In this document: positions 51,124 through 63,850 of the stretch, in pieces
Layout: every line of letters begins with the position of its first letter
How positions within the stretch are numbered: the stretch's first letter is position 1
Source: Mytilus californianus
Lineage: Eukaryota
DNA: 64,000 bases
Direction: 5' to 3'
Assembly: GCF_021869535.1 (NCBI RefSeq)
Contig: NW_026262701.1
Coordinates: forward strand, 1,178,001-1,242,000
The notes under the pieces: generated by a model
Told to the model about the DNA's origin: nothing
Databases searched by the model: none
The model's input: the letters and a program-made list of their open reading frames with translations, nothing else
Translations under genes and position numbers: made by a program

Positions 51124-53190
51124 TCTTATTATTATTACTTACAATATTTTTATAGCGCATTATCTAATTAAAATTGCTCTAAGCGCTTAACATAAAAACA
51201 ATCAATGCAGTTAAAAGAGGTGTTTAACATTAAAACCATCAATACAATAAGAATGAATTAAAATTTTGAACAATTAAAAAATATTTAAAATACATATACT
51301 ACAACGGAAAGAACAAAAGATAAAAGTTACTGTCAGTATAAGAAGTTAAATGTGATAACTGAAAATAATGTTTTTTTTGAAATATTTCTTAAAAAGTTCG
51401 ACGGAGTGTTCATGTCTTAGATGGCTAGGAAGATTGTTCCAGAGGCTCGCAGTAGCTTTGTCGAAACGTCTTTCTCCGTAATTTTTGGTGCGTACACGTG
51501 GTTGTATTAGTCACATTGCATTTTCCGATCTACGAGATCTTGATGGTTGCTAACACGGCTGGTAATCTACACACGCAGAACAATCGGTTCTGCAATGAAA
51601 ACCGTGAGAGGATTTTCCGGTTATGCGTGAGTGGAGTAATTGTCACCGCTTCAAAAGGTATGTACATTTCTAAATTGCAATTTTCTAATTCAACTGATCA
51701 AAATATTGAAATTCGGAGAATGCTATGCTGTGGTGAATACTTTAACAAAGAGACACATGTATCATTTACTGTTGTGCATGGAGTAAAACTCCTACAAAAT
51801 CAATCGTCCCACGAGTAATTGCCGAAAAAAGTGACATTTAAATTTTGAGATGGTTCTACTAACAGACCTACAAGTTCAGATTTAGTTTTTTTCTGTCAAC
51901 GGGATTGAATGTCGTTTTGGGCGGCGTGTACGCTGTCCGAAGGTGATAGACGTCTTAATAAATCTAAAAACTGCCAATTTTCATTATTTTATGCGTGAGG
52001 GGATCGGTTCTGATTGAGGACATCGTGAATGCATGAGGGGAAGTGCAATCATATTTTTATATCGAAAAATGCAACAATCACTTCAAGAAAGGCAAGTAAC
52101 TTGCATAGTCTTATTGAAGTTTATAATAAATATAAATTGACAATGGAAATGGAAATGGCTATAATATATACAACGTAAATATAATTGGTTTAGATTTATA
52201 ATTGACTATGTTTTTTTCTCGTGTGCATGTATTAAGACTTTAATCTATGTTTTAGATGGATAGAACACGCCACCATTGCCTGCAGTGTGATAAGTCATAT
52301 ACTCAACGTCCAAAGCTGAACTTCCATGTAAAGCTGGTACATGAAAACACATGAGTCGAGAAAAGTCACAAGGCCAAAGATTAAAAAAATGTTTGCACTT
52401 CCCCTCACGCATTCACGATGTCCTCAATCAGAACCGATCCCCTCACGCATGAAATAATGAAAATTGGCAGTTTTTAGATTTATTAAGACGTCTATCACCT
52501 TTGGACAGCGTACACGCTGCCCAAAACGACATTCAATCCCGTTGACAGAAAAAAAACTAAATCTGAACTTGTAGGTCTGTTAATAGAACCATCTCAAAAT
52601 TTAAAGGTCACTTTTTTCGGCAATTACTCGTGGGACGATTGATTTTGTAGGAGTTTTACTCAATGCACAACAGTAAATGATACATGTGTCTCTTTGTTAA
52701 AGTATTCACCACAGCATAGCATTCTCCGATTTTCAATATTTTGATCAGTTGAATTAGAAAATTCCGATTTAGAAATGTACATACCCTTTGAAGCGGTGAC
52801 AATTACTCCACTCAAGCATAACCGGAAAATCCTCTCACGGTTTTCATTGCAGAACCAATTGTTCTGCGTGTGTAGATTACCAGCCGTGGCTAAGCCATGT
52901 AGAATTTTGAAAGTATATAAAAGCAGTTTATACTGTATCCGGTACTGCACCGGGGTCCAATGAAGTGACACAAGAACTGGTGTAATATGATGGTGTTTCG
53001 TGGTACGTGTGACGAATCTAGCTGCCGTATTTTGTACTCGCTGTAACTTATTTACTAAACTGGCATTCACTTCATATAGAAGAGCGTTTCCGTAGTCTAG
53101 ACATGACGTGACAAGCGAACAGACTAGCGTTTTACAGGCATCCTCGGTGATATATTGCCGAATTCGACCAATGTTTCGCATTTGAAACAT
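51124..53190 (-). mobile_element. L2 LINE 3' fragment, split by a foldback element
   Basis: RNIGRIR..SCLDYGNALL..KLQRVQNTAAR..LHWTP..HGLA (52894-53190); QPSRSRRS..PRVRTKNYGE (51400-51548); (AAT)n tail at 51126-51137. Confidence 0.85.
51554..52888. mobile_element. Non-autonomous foldback DNA transposon: ~495 bp TIRs, CACGG...CCGTG ends, 5-bp TSD GCTAA (Transib/RAG-like signature)
   Basis: gctaa|cacggctggtaatctacacacg ... cgtgtgtagattaccagccgtg|gctaa; arms 51554-52048 and 52393-52888 are near-perfect reverse complements. Confidence 0.9.
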
Positions 53191-53309
53191 ATTTAGATTA
53201 CTATAGTTTGTGCCCAAAAATTAAGAAGACCTTAATTGAACAATTAGGAACTAGGTGTGAGTTATGATAAGACAAAGGATTTTTATTTTTAAAGTTTAGA
53301 AAAACATGC

Positions 53310-53740
53310 AAGTAAAATAACAAAAATATCGAACTCCAAGGAAAATTCAAAACGGAAAGTCCCTTATGAAATGGCAAAATCAAAAGCTCAAACACTTCAA
53401 ACGAATGGAAAACAACTGTCATATTCCTGATTTGGTACAGGCATTTTCTTATGGAGAAAATGATGGATTAGCTAGCTAAACCTCTCACCTGTATGCCAGT
53501 TGCATAAAATTTCATTATATTGACAACAATGTGTGAACAAAATAGGTAAAAATGTCAAAAATAGGTGTACAGCAGTCAACATTGTGTTATAAACTTAATC
53601 ACCATAGAAACAAATGAATATGTCAACAAAGAAAAACAAAATGGCATACAGACAAAGCACAAAGGCAAAAATGAAAGAACAGGAATACAAAAAATGACCA
53701 TAGCACAATAACACCATGGCGGGATGTATAAGTACCGAAA
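53310..53740 (-). repeat. Abundant mytilid interspersed repeat
   Basis: Reverse complement of 20878-21345. Confidence 0.65.
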
Positions 53741-54281
53741 GGTGATTGGTTATAAAAACAATTGATTAAGAGACCAATATCTTTACACATATTTGTTGTT
53801 GTTGTTATTGGTTTTGGTATGTGTCTTACTTATATAGTAATTGTGCCTTAATTTCATTTAACATAAATATTATGTATATGCACTCAATCCTTAATATATT
53901 CTTAGCATTAAATTTTTGCGAGTAATTATATGGAACTCTGACGAACAGGGTTGACTGTGTTACAATAAAGTATAAATATGTAAATAAAAAAAAAAATAAT
54001 ATAAAAAAAAATGATAAATGAAACAAAGCAAAAACAAAACAAACGATAGTTCCTAATGAAATGTAAAATATCAACTGATAGGTATCATAACATTGTTTTG
54101 AAATTTAATCAGGTTGTTCACCTTTGTGTCGTCTGTGATACACTTATAAAAATAAAGTATATCTTGATAAAAACAAATAAGAAGAAAGGTCCCCTTTTTG
54201 AATGATTTTGGTTAAAATCCTACTTTTAATTTTGAATGTCTAAACTATATCCTGGTAAATGTTTTGCAGTAGTTTCCAAGT

Positions 54282-54333
54282 AGTGCAGCCGGAAGGAACA
54301 ATGAAAATTCCCATTGTTCCTCCCGACTGCACT
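54282..54333 (-). other. 22-bp stem hairpin (8-nt loop)
   Basis: agtgcagccggaaggaacaatg-aaaattcc-cattgttcctcccgactgcact; both mismatches become G.U pairs on the minus strand. Confidence 0.6.
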
Positions 54334-54799
54334 CCCGGACTTTGGAAAAATTATGGGCGTAAGGATAAAGTATTTAAGATTATCGGCTAATAAGAATTAA
54401 ATATGGTCCTTAAATTATCCTCCCGGTAGGCTATCATAGCGAAAATACATAGAATAAAGCATGTGTTAGTTAAATGCTACCAATGAAAGGACTTCTCTCA
54501 CGATTGATGTATCAGATAAAAAACCTTTAGTAAGATTTTACAGCCGTTCCTTTTCCATAACGGTCTCGTATATTATTCCAAATAACATTCCAAAGACAAA
54601 CTGGTATTTAGTGATTCTTCCGTCGCCTATTTAGCTATATATACATGTAATATATATAAGAAGAAAAGATAGAAAAATATGAAAAAAATATTAATACAAG
54701 TATATTATTAAAACAATGCAATTGTTTGATTTTGTTTTTCAGTACAGAGATTGTCAGCAATACAATCAATAGTGCAGGGTTGTGCATATATTTACAATA

Positions 54800-55215
54800 T
54801 TCTCTAGTACAAATTTTAGTGACACCGTCATAGAAAGGATTTAGCACATGCTTCTATTCTGCAATATATATGCTTATTGTGTTTTTCGTTTGGTTTTATT
54901 ATTTTCTTATAATATGACTGTAATTGTCAGTTTGTGAAAATCTGAAAGTGATATTGTATTTATTTTTGTTTTTAACCATGTACTGTTAAATTATTAAGAC
55001 ACATTTTAGTGACACCGTCATAGAAAGGGTTGTAGCAAATGCTTCTATTCCTAAGTATATGAAGTAAGTGTGATGGTTTTGCTTGAATTTTTTTTTCTTT
55101 TTTCTTAATTTCTAATAATTTGACCGTAATAGTCGGTTTGTGAGACTCTCAAAGTGGTATTGTATTTTTTCCCCCTTCTTTTTCATTTCCTTTTTTTTTC
55201 TAGCATATACTGTAA
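54800..55215. repeat. Two-copy 190-bp tandem duplication
   Basis: ttttagtgacaccgtcatagaaagg at ~54814 and ~55004. Confidence 0.7.
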
Positions 55216-55599
55216 AATTATTTAGTGTCGCAGTTTACTACTAATCTTCAATGGACCAGAGTGTTTAACTTGAATTTTTGAGACTTGTTAATACTAATTG
55301 CGTGCATTACTTAGTCAGTTACGTACAGATGTTTAAAAGATAATTGAGTCCTGGTGTACAACACAGGTAGAAAAAGTCTATTTGATTAAGCTCAATGGAC
55401 CGAAACAAAGGTGAATTGTGCAATGCACTTATGGCTTGCTTATCACAATTCTATGTATATTAAGAAAAAAGCTTTCAGATTCGGTTTGTAATGGTGAAAT
55501 ATTTAAACCTGAGAGACTATCTTAGAAATATACCAAGTACACAGGTTACAAATACATATTTATCTTATCTAAAGGATACTTTTTTGAGAGTCTTCCTTG

Positions 55600-57400
55600 C
55601 TTTCTTATAAGTATATTAGTTTCCTGTAAATAGTAATGTATGGGACTAAAAGTATGTGAGTATCCGGAAAAAAGGTTGTTTCAATGAGAAATCTATGACT
55701 CCTTGATTTTTAAGCGTTTCACACATCTGTTTTCTATGTGCATCATATTTTGAGGAGGCTAATGGAAAGTGTACAACATCGTCTGTGGCTTTACAGTTTT
55801 CACAAATTACACTGGGACTTTTCCCTATTTTGTAAAGATATTTACTAATATTAATAGAGCCAGATCTAAATCTGAATATGATTCGTTCATTTTCTCTATT
55901 TATTTGTGGGATAGCAATCTTAAAAGATACATTATTTTGAGTTGAGTGTGCTAATCTTCCATTTGTGTTGTCTGACCACTGTATTTGCTCTATTTGTTTT
56001 AAGATGTTTTTTGTTAAACATTTGATTTGATTGTGTTGGAAATTGTTTGTATCTATATATTTGGTCAATGTATATATCATTTTGATTAATCATATCTTTT
56101 GCAACAGAAAAAATACGGTTTAATTTCCCTGGAGTATCAAAGAAAGGTTGTTTTTTTGCTAAACTTTCCTTAGTTGGATGATATGATTATCATCATGACT
56201 AGATATATTCAAGAAATATTTTGTAATTAGACTCTTTCTACGTTCTTCGAAGGGTGGGTCACCTATTTCTATTTGCAGTCCACTAGTGGCTACATTTTTA
56301 TATGCACCTGTACAAATTCGAAGTGCTTGACTTTGCACCCAGTCCAGAATTTTCTTTACAGAATGTGAGGCGGAGTTGTATACTGCACATCCGTAGACTA
56401 TTTCATATCTTATTAGTGCAATATATATGTTTCTAAGAGAATGACTATTTGCTCCCCACTCAGTACCAGTTAAAAGTTTCATACAATTTAAGAATTTACT
56501 GCATTTTGCCTCAATATATTGCATATGTTTTAACAATTATAACTTCTCAGGCTTTTTCTTTCTACTAAACAAAATGGCTACAATTTAGAGGGGGAAAGAA
56601 GAAATCCCCATTTATTACCCTATGTTTAAATATTGTCAAGATCTTTCTGTATTTTCCTTTGAATATAACCAATATTTCTACCACACAACCATATTGCACT
56701 GTCGTCTGCAAATTGGTAGATAGAACAGTTATCAATACATATCGGGAGAATTTACCACAATATTGAATAATGTCGGGCTGATACAACTTCCTTGGGAGGT
56801 ACCATTTTGAATCGTGAGAATATCAGGGAGAGTGTTATTCATTTTGACATGTATGGTTCTGCTAGTAAGAAAACATTTAACCCAACCTAGCATGTTACGC
56901 TTAAACCTAACTTGATTAGGTGAATAAAAATGATTTTTCTAAAGGTAATATCGCAGTCTGTTATTCATCATCTTTTCCAAAATGTTTACAAAATTAGATG
57001 TTAAAGCTATTGGTTTATATGCATGTAAATCACTTGAATCTTTCCCCTTTTTAAAACTTGGAACTATTATTGAATGTTTCCAAGTCAAAGGAAAATCTTG
57101 TAAGAACCAAATTCTGTTATACAATAAAAGAAGTACACCAAGTGATTTATCACTAAAGGTTTAAAACTATGACGGGCTTTATTACGTTCTTTGACCATCC
57201 TTATGCAATTTTCATTCCACCAGGGTATCCCAGGTTTACATACATTGATAAATTTTTTATTTTTCAGATAAGATGTGTTGTCGGCTAATGCAAGGATTAA
57301 GCAATGGAGATATCTAGATAATGTCCTACCAACCAATCAAGTACCACATGTTGGGAAATATGTTTGCATAGTGTATGCAATTTCAAACAAATTTTCACCT
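55600..57400 (-). mobile_element. I/Nimb-clade LINE, fragmented
   Basis: PWWNENC; WKHSIIVPSFKKGKD..YKPIALTS; WGANSHSLRNIYIALIR..YG; QALRICTGA; C-terminal RFRSG..YLYKIG..CENC...HF. Confidence 0.85.
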
Positions 57401-58153
57401 TTATTGTCAACAGGTTTATCATAAATGAGTTATATTGTGTTACGGGCTTGACATAAAATACTGAAAAATCAAAATCGTCCCAAAATGTTCTGAAATGTTG
57501 TACAATATTGATAAAAAAAAATAGAAGTAAGAAAACGAAGTTAATCAAAGATAATCCCAAAAAAAATCCTCAAAACAATAGAAATATGCAAAAAACAAAA
57601 GATTATTGTTCTATTCTAAGGAAGATAGATCTGTCGGTTGTTATAAACATTTGTTAACTCCTAACAACAGGATCGAGGGCGTAATTTGCTACAAGTCCAG
57701 CGTAAACTTTGCATATTGTCGTCTTCTATATATGGTTTATATGTATCCTGCATTAATAATTTAATAACTTTTTTTTCCGACCATTATACAATTGAAATGT
57801 ATAACTGGTATGATTTAAATTCACATGTTTCGTGTTTCTAAATTATAACAACTCCTAGGTGTACGCTTGCATATAAAATTGAGTAGTCAAATATATGAAA
57901 CATTGAAGCACATCAATACCAAAAGGCGTACCAAAAGCGCAAAATCTGTACTACAATATTCTTCCAAATCAACTGTGTCGAGGTAAAAAAAATGTTGTGA
58001 GAAGTCGCAGCATAAACTAAGTAGTATTTCACGTTAAGTTAGCCACAAATTTGTAGTAAGATCTTATTATATCATTATATTATGTGTGTAAAGAAGCACT
58101 TGGGAATGAGCGGTTGCCGCAGTTCAAACAAATATGTACAACTTTTCAATTAA

Positions 58154-58359
58154 TACACTTATTTTCGCAGATACTTTATTTCGCGTTTAGTCCTTTATAA
58201 CCCAATTAACGGCAATTTAATTCGCGATTTGCAAATTTACTTGATGTATTAAAATAAGGGAAGGTCCAAGTTTTACATATTTATGACGATTTATATTAGC
58301 GTGATTTTCAGGAAAGTCGCGAAGATAATTCGCTCGCAAAAATTAGTTGGTTTACAGTG
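58154..58359. mobile_element. MITE remnant (ttcgcg-rich, ends gttggtttacagt)
   Basis: Repeated tttcgcg / cgcgaa motifs; right terminus aaattagttggtttacagtg. Confidence 0.45.
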
Positions 58360-58619
58360 TTTTCTTTTGCGTACACATCTATTTACTTTTGTATTTCTCC
58401 GTAATCCTTCAATTTCAATCATCTTTTTATAAGGTAAATGTGACGGATAAACTCCTGTTATGTCAAAATGAAAAATTTTAGTTGACACAAGATCAAACTG
58501 CAGAGTAAACCTACAATGTCAAATAACTACATCCCTTCATTTTCAGCATTCTAAATACATAAGAAATACATATTCAACTATTGTTCCTTTTATCTGTAAT
58601 ATAAATTGATAGAAATGTG

Positions 58620-59470
58620 TGCATATAAAAATAAGATGATGTGGTACAATTTTCAATGAGACAACTCTCAACCACAGACCACATGATATTAAGGTTAACA
58701 ACCATAGGTCGACGTACGGCCATCAAAAATGAGCAAACTTCATACCACAGGGTCAGCTATAAAAGGCCCAAAATGACAAAATTAATGTAAAACAATTCAA
58801 ACGAGAAAACTAACGGCCTGCTTTATGTAAAAAATAATGAACGAAATACAAATTTGATATACAGCAAAAAAACGACAACCACTGAATTACAGGCTCCTGA
58901 CTTGGGACAGGCACATACAGACTATGGTGGGGGTTAATATAAGAATAAGAAGATGTGGTATGATTGCCAATGAGACAACTCTCCACAAGTGACCAAACGA
59001 CACAGAAATGAATAATTTTAGGTCACCGTACGGCCTTCAACACTGAGTAAAACCCATACCGCATAGACAACTTTAAAAGGCCCCGAATTGACAAATAAAA
59101 ACAAATTTCAAACTAGAAAAGTAACGGCCTGGTTTATGTACAAAATAATGAACGAAAACAAATATGATATACAGGAATAAAAAGTAAAATAACAAAAGTA
59201 CCGAACTCCAAGGAAAATTCAAAACGGAAAGTCCCTTATCAAATGGAAAAATCAAAAGCTCAAACACATCAAACGAATGTTAAAACAACAGCAATAAACG
59301 ACAATCATTGAATTGCAGGCTCCTGACTTGGGACAGGTACATACAGTTTGTGGCTGGGATAAACTAGTTTGAAGGCGCCAACCCCTCCTCCCTACCTGGG
59401 ACAGTGGTGCAACGGTACAATACAAGAAAAAAACTTTACAAAATAATAAACGCAAAACAAATATGAGAAA
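58620..59470 (+). repeat. Nested cluster of mytilid repeats
   Basis: Two agatgtggta...caatgagacaactctc starts; ggctcctgacttgggacagg twice. Confidence 0.6.
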
Positions 59471-59799
59471 CAGCAATAAACATGTCAGCGGGCGCCCACA
59501 TTTTTGCGATAGGAAAAACAATAAATATAAACTTTTATTTTTATTTTATAGGAATGTTAAAATTAGAAATCGTATCCTCTAAAGTTGATAACATATGTTG
59601 CATGTACTTGTTTTACACGTCAGGTGACAATATTATGATCTGAAAATAATATCGCTTCTTTTTTTAATGTAAATTGACTTTTAATAAAATGTAAAAAGAC
59701 AGAAATATTCTCAGCAAAAGTTGCAATAACTTTTGAATTTTTGAACATTATTTCATTTTCAACAATGTTTGCATTATATTTTGTTTTAGAAGTCTGCTA

Positions 59800-60480
59800 T
59801 AACATGACGAGTGCATATTTCTTACAGTTTTATCCCGTTTTTGTTATAATTAGCAAGTTGAATTTGTAACTGTGTACGTATGTCGTCAGTGCACATGTAT
59901 GCAGCCCGTTTTTTTTACTCAGGAAATTTTCTAAATTAGAAGCTTCAGAGAATAAGACATTGTTTAAATGGTTTTGCTATACAATGATGTACTTTGAAAT
60001 AGATAAAGGCTTGCGAAACTTCGAGTTCGGCAAAAACGTTTTAAAATTATTGTAATTAATAACAAAATAAGGAATGTAAATATTACTCTTTCAAGGAATG
60101 GATTACACAATATCGGGCAATCGATACAGTGTCAATTATTTTGAGGGATATTTCTTTGTTGGTGCTTTTCAGCAGGGAGTTAAACAAGAGTTCGGCATGT
60201 AAAAATTACTCAATATATCTTTTAAAGTTGGCATATATCTGAATTGTATGTTAATTATGTCATGGTCATATTTTGTCTGGTAATATTTCACGCTATTGAA
60301 ATGTTTGCTATATGATATGTTTTGGAAAACTAGTAGTTTTATCCTGTAAATCTTTTTTTTTCAGAAGAATTCATGACAAACATTTAATTGTGTAATGGTT
60401 TGACAATTTTTATACTCCTTAGTATAATTTGGACCTTTTTTTCTTGTGGCTTTTTGTCTGATCACATAATGCCTTTTCGC
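59800..60480 (+). mobile_element. Degenerate copy of the PLE 5' ORF region (paralogous piece at 60930-61030 plus 61730-61980)
   Basis: gagttcggcaaaaac; TLSRNGLHNIGQSIQCQ; KQEFGM; gttggcatatatctgaattg; gttcggcatatatctgaattg at 61775. Confidence 0.5.
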
Positions 60481-61049
60481 TCTCTGACTTTCAATTTCTG
60501 ACTTTTAGTTCGTTTTTTTTCCTGTCCCTGTCTTTTACAACCGGGTATATTTACTATACTGTTCATATTAATGTATCTATTGCGTTGTATAGGCTGTTAA
60601 TGTGAACCAATATTTTAAACTTGAATAAAACTAATGTGTAAAACCTTACTATATTCACAATGAATTTGTGCACATTTATTTCCATTTGCATTTTTTCATA
60701 TTCTTACATTATCAACATAATTTTACAATGTTCATTTAAGAAATGGCTCCGTGATGAAGGCCGTACTTTGACCTATAATTGTGAACTTTTTATACATTGT
60801 GACTTGGATGGAGAGTTGTCCCATTGGCACTCATACCACATCTTCTTATTTATATTTCTAATATATCATTAGGAAATTTTATTTGGTTTCCTATTTGAAT
60901 ACCCAAAGGCAGAAATAATTGGTTACTATGTGCTTGTTTAAAATGAATGCTTGCTCGTTTAGAAATTTTTTTTTAAAATAAGAAGCTTCCGAGAAAAAGA
61001 TGATATTTAAAAGTTTTGTCATACATATTTTGGTATTAATATTGATTCA

Positions 61050-61670
61050 CTCATAAGGTCTTTGCAAAGGAAATAAACACATTTATTCTAAAACCAGTTG
61101 TTTGCATAATACGGATTATGTTCTTCTCATATATTTAATGATGGTATGATACTAAACCCCTAACGGGGGATTTTGCTTGATTTTCATATGATGAAGACAT
61201 AATCTTTCAATCAGTTTAGTTGAGGTCTGGAGTTGGCATGTCAGTAACTGCTAGTGATCCTTTTTTAATTTATGTATCATTGTCATTTTACTTAGTTTCT
61301 TTTGTTAACTATTCTGACATCGGACTCAGACTTCTTTTAAACTCAGTTTAACTGAGCGTATTGCTGTGTGTTTGTTTATTCTACATTGGCTAGAGGGTTG
61401 AGATATCAAAAAACCTGTTTAACCCCGCCGCATTTATGCGCCTGTCCAAAACCAGGTTTTCAAAGTTTAGTTCATTTATATGTATTGGAGTTTAGTGTGA
61501 CGTCCATTGTGAACTAGTACATATTTTTGTTTAGGGGCCAGCTGAAGCACGCCTCCGGGTGAGGGATTTTCTCGCTGTGTTGAAGACCCATTGGTAGCCT
61601 TGGGCTGTTTTCTGCTCTTTGGTCGGGTTGTTGTCTCTTTGACACATTCCCCATTTTCATTCTCAATTTT
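61050..61670. repeat. Mytilid repeats
   Basis: Shared with 48430-49075. Confidence 0.6.
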
Positions 61671-62639
61671 ATTGAAATATTTGGAAATAAATTAAGGTTT
61701 GAGTACATTCAAATTTGGCATTTTGTTCTTTTAAAAAACTGTATCTCATAATTAATATTCATATATCTTGAAGGTTCGGCATATATCTGAATTGAGAATA
61801 ATGTCATGGTCAAATGTTGGCAATTTTGTCCGGTAATAGTACAGGCCATTGAAATGTCTTCTTTACGTTTTATTTGGAAAACCAGTTTTTAAATCGGCTA
61901 AATATCAATTTTTGAAAAGCATGACAAACATTTTTCATTGTGTAATGTTTTGACAACTTTTTACTTGTTAGTCAATTAAATGCAACACATGTTACTGTTT
62001 ACTGATCATATATGCTGGGATGACATCAGCACAGTTTACGTTGTAATACTATCATCTCAACATATACAAAATATTATCTATGGTGTGCATTGTAGTATTG
62101 CTAGGGACCCTCGTTGAAGTAATGAAATCGGAACTGTGTACATTGTATCAAGAGTATATACACAAAGAGAATGACTTTGGAGATGTATGCACTGTACAAG
62201 AGCTAACGGATCCTTCTCAAAAGACATGATCTGTGATCTTTACATTGTATAACTATCAAAGGTTCCAGCATGAAGGGATAACATCAACATGTTAAACATA
62301 GTATTTAGCTCATTATGTGTTACTGACCTATCCTAGTACAGAATTTTCCTTGGTCATTGCGCTCTCTCCATATCAAGGTATAATAAGGTTGACTGGATGA
62401 AATATATACATTCTCTATTACTCGTTTAAAGAGGCAGACGATACCAAGTGGACAATCAAATCCCAATTAGTCGAGGAAAACAGACCATAACATAACCAAA
62501 ACGAAAAGTGAAGAAAAGAAAAAAGAACAGTTTACAAAACTCTACAAAGTAATCATTCATAACATACATTTCTAATTTTTTCCTGGCCTTAGATGGTTCA
62601 TGTGACTCTGTTCATATCACTTTGTTGCAAAAAAACATC

Positions 62640-62735
62640 AAGCTTAGGAATTTTAGGTCACTGGCTTTCCAGCTTTTGGTTTTTAGCATTGCTGATGAAG
62701 GGTTTATCCAGGACATCAATTCGGACTCTCGAATT
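62640..62735 (+). repeat. pLTR remnant with decayed hammerhead motif
   Basis: ctgatgaagggtttatccaggacatcaattcggac; homolog of the 46000 motif with core GAAA mutated to GGAC. Confidence 0.45.
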
Positions 62736-63029
62736 TTTCAAGTGTTATTTTAATCATATACACAGAAAAGTAAACACCGAGGAAAACGAACAAAATTTCC
62801 GTTCATTCGATTTCAATCCTTGTCTGGTATCATTAATGAACGGATTGCACCATCTCATTGTGCATTTTATTTCCGGTCAGTGGAAGATCATTGCCCTTTG
62901 TATTAGACAGTGACAGGAACGCTGCATCAAGGGATAAAAACAGCTCAGTTTGTTATTCTCATTATAAACTATTTATATTGAGGATGGCCTCGGTTTATAG
63001 TTTGTTTCATTCATGCTATAGTCATGGAA

Positions 63030-63850
63030 TGTTATTTTAACGGTATGGACGGACGCACACAACGAAAATCATAATGCTCTTCTACTATCGTTGACGGGAC
63101 ATGATCTAACAGCTATAAGGTTGTTTTCCAAATACATGAAATGCTGAAAAATAAAGAACAATAAAATTTAATATGTAGGATAAAAAACATAAAAACCATA
63201 GGTCATAACCTTTGTCTATGATAAGTTCATGTTTTAATTGCTTTAGCATATTAATGAATAATTAAAACATTCAAAGTCATTCCCTTTGTCTTATGTAATA
63301 TAGACTTTACTAGTGGGAATGGCTTTGGGGTCATAGGAAAAACTAATGTCATATGATCTCTGTAAATGAATATCAATTACATTGACCTCTCTGTTTTCTA
63401 TTTATACGACGAATTTTACAAAATTATTTTAGGTCATACCTAAATGTTGTACAGTTGTATTGGATGAGTAAAACACAATGACCTGATACAATCTCACTTT
63501 TTAAACTACTGTGTCTATCATAATTAAAACACAATTACTGTTGGTCATCTTCAGTTGTCTATCATAAGTACATGTATAAACCCCTTTCTTCATAATGAAT
63601 AACACACTGACTCAACGTCGGCCTTCTTTGTCCTGTTTCTTGTAATCTTTCTTAATAGGATGAAATGACCTTTGGTCATTTTGTGAAAGTCAACGCATAT
63701 GACTTATGTATATGAGTGTAAAGCATACTGACCACATGTCACCCTGTTGATTATCTAATATAGGATGAATTTTACAAAATAACTTTAGGTCATAGTTCAA
63801 TGTTGTAGAGGATAAGTCTAACACAATGACCTGACAGCGTGTTGGTCGCC
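63030..63850. repeat. HINE-like / tgacct-rich molluscan repeat remnants
   Basis: cggacggacgcacac..cataatgc..ctactatcg end motif; repeated aggtcata / aacacaatgacctga. Confidence 0.4.

Noticed and set aside
51554-51581. RSS-like heptamer-12-nonamer (CACGGCT + 12 nt + ACGCAGAAC)
   Set aside because: Only 5/9 match to the ACAAAAACC nonamer, and both ends are symmetric (no 12/23 asymmetry); not distinguishable from chance.
51498-53217. ORFs 51498-51818 and 52660-53217 sharing TAGNLHTQNN...SFTVVH as duplicated genes
   Set aside because: The shared part is simply the inverted arms of the foldback element read through from flanking L2 sequence.
21231-60872. Many short hydrophobic ORFs (e.g. 21231, 24292, 31022, 34782, 49203, 53826, 59073, 60660) as membrane peptides
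   Set aside because: They are translations of T-rich interspersed repeats or low-complexity AT-rich DNA that recur many times in the window.
62050-62360. Possible coding remnant (LWRCMHCTRANGSFSKDMICDL)
   Set aside because: Multiple stops in all frames and no assignable family.
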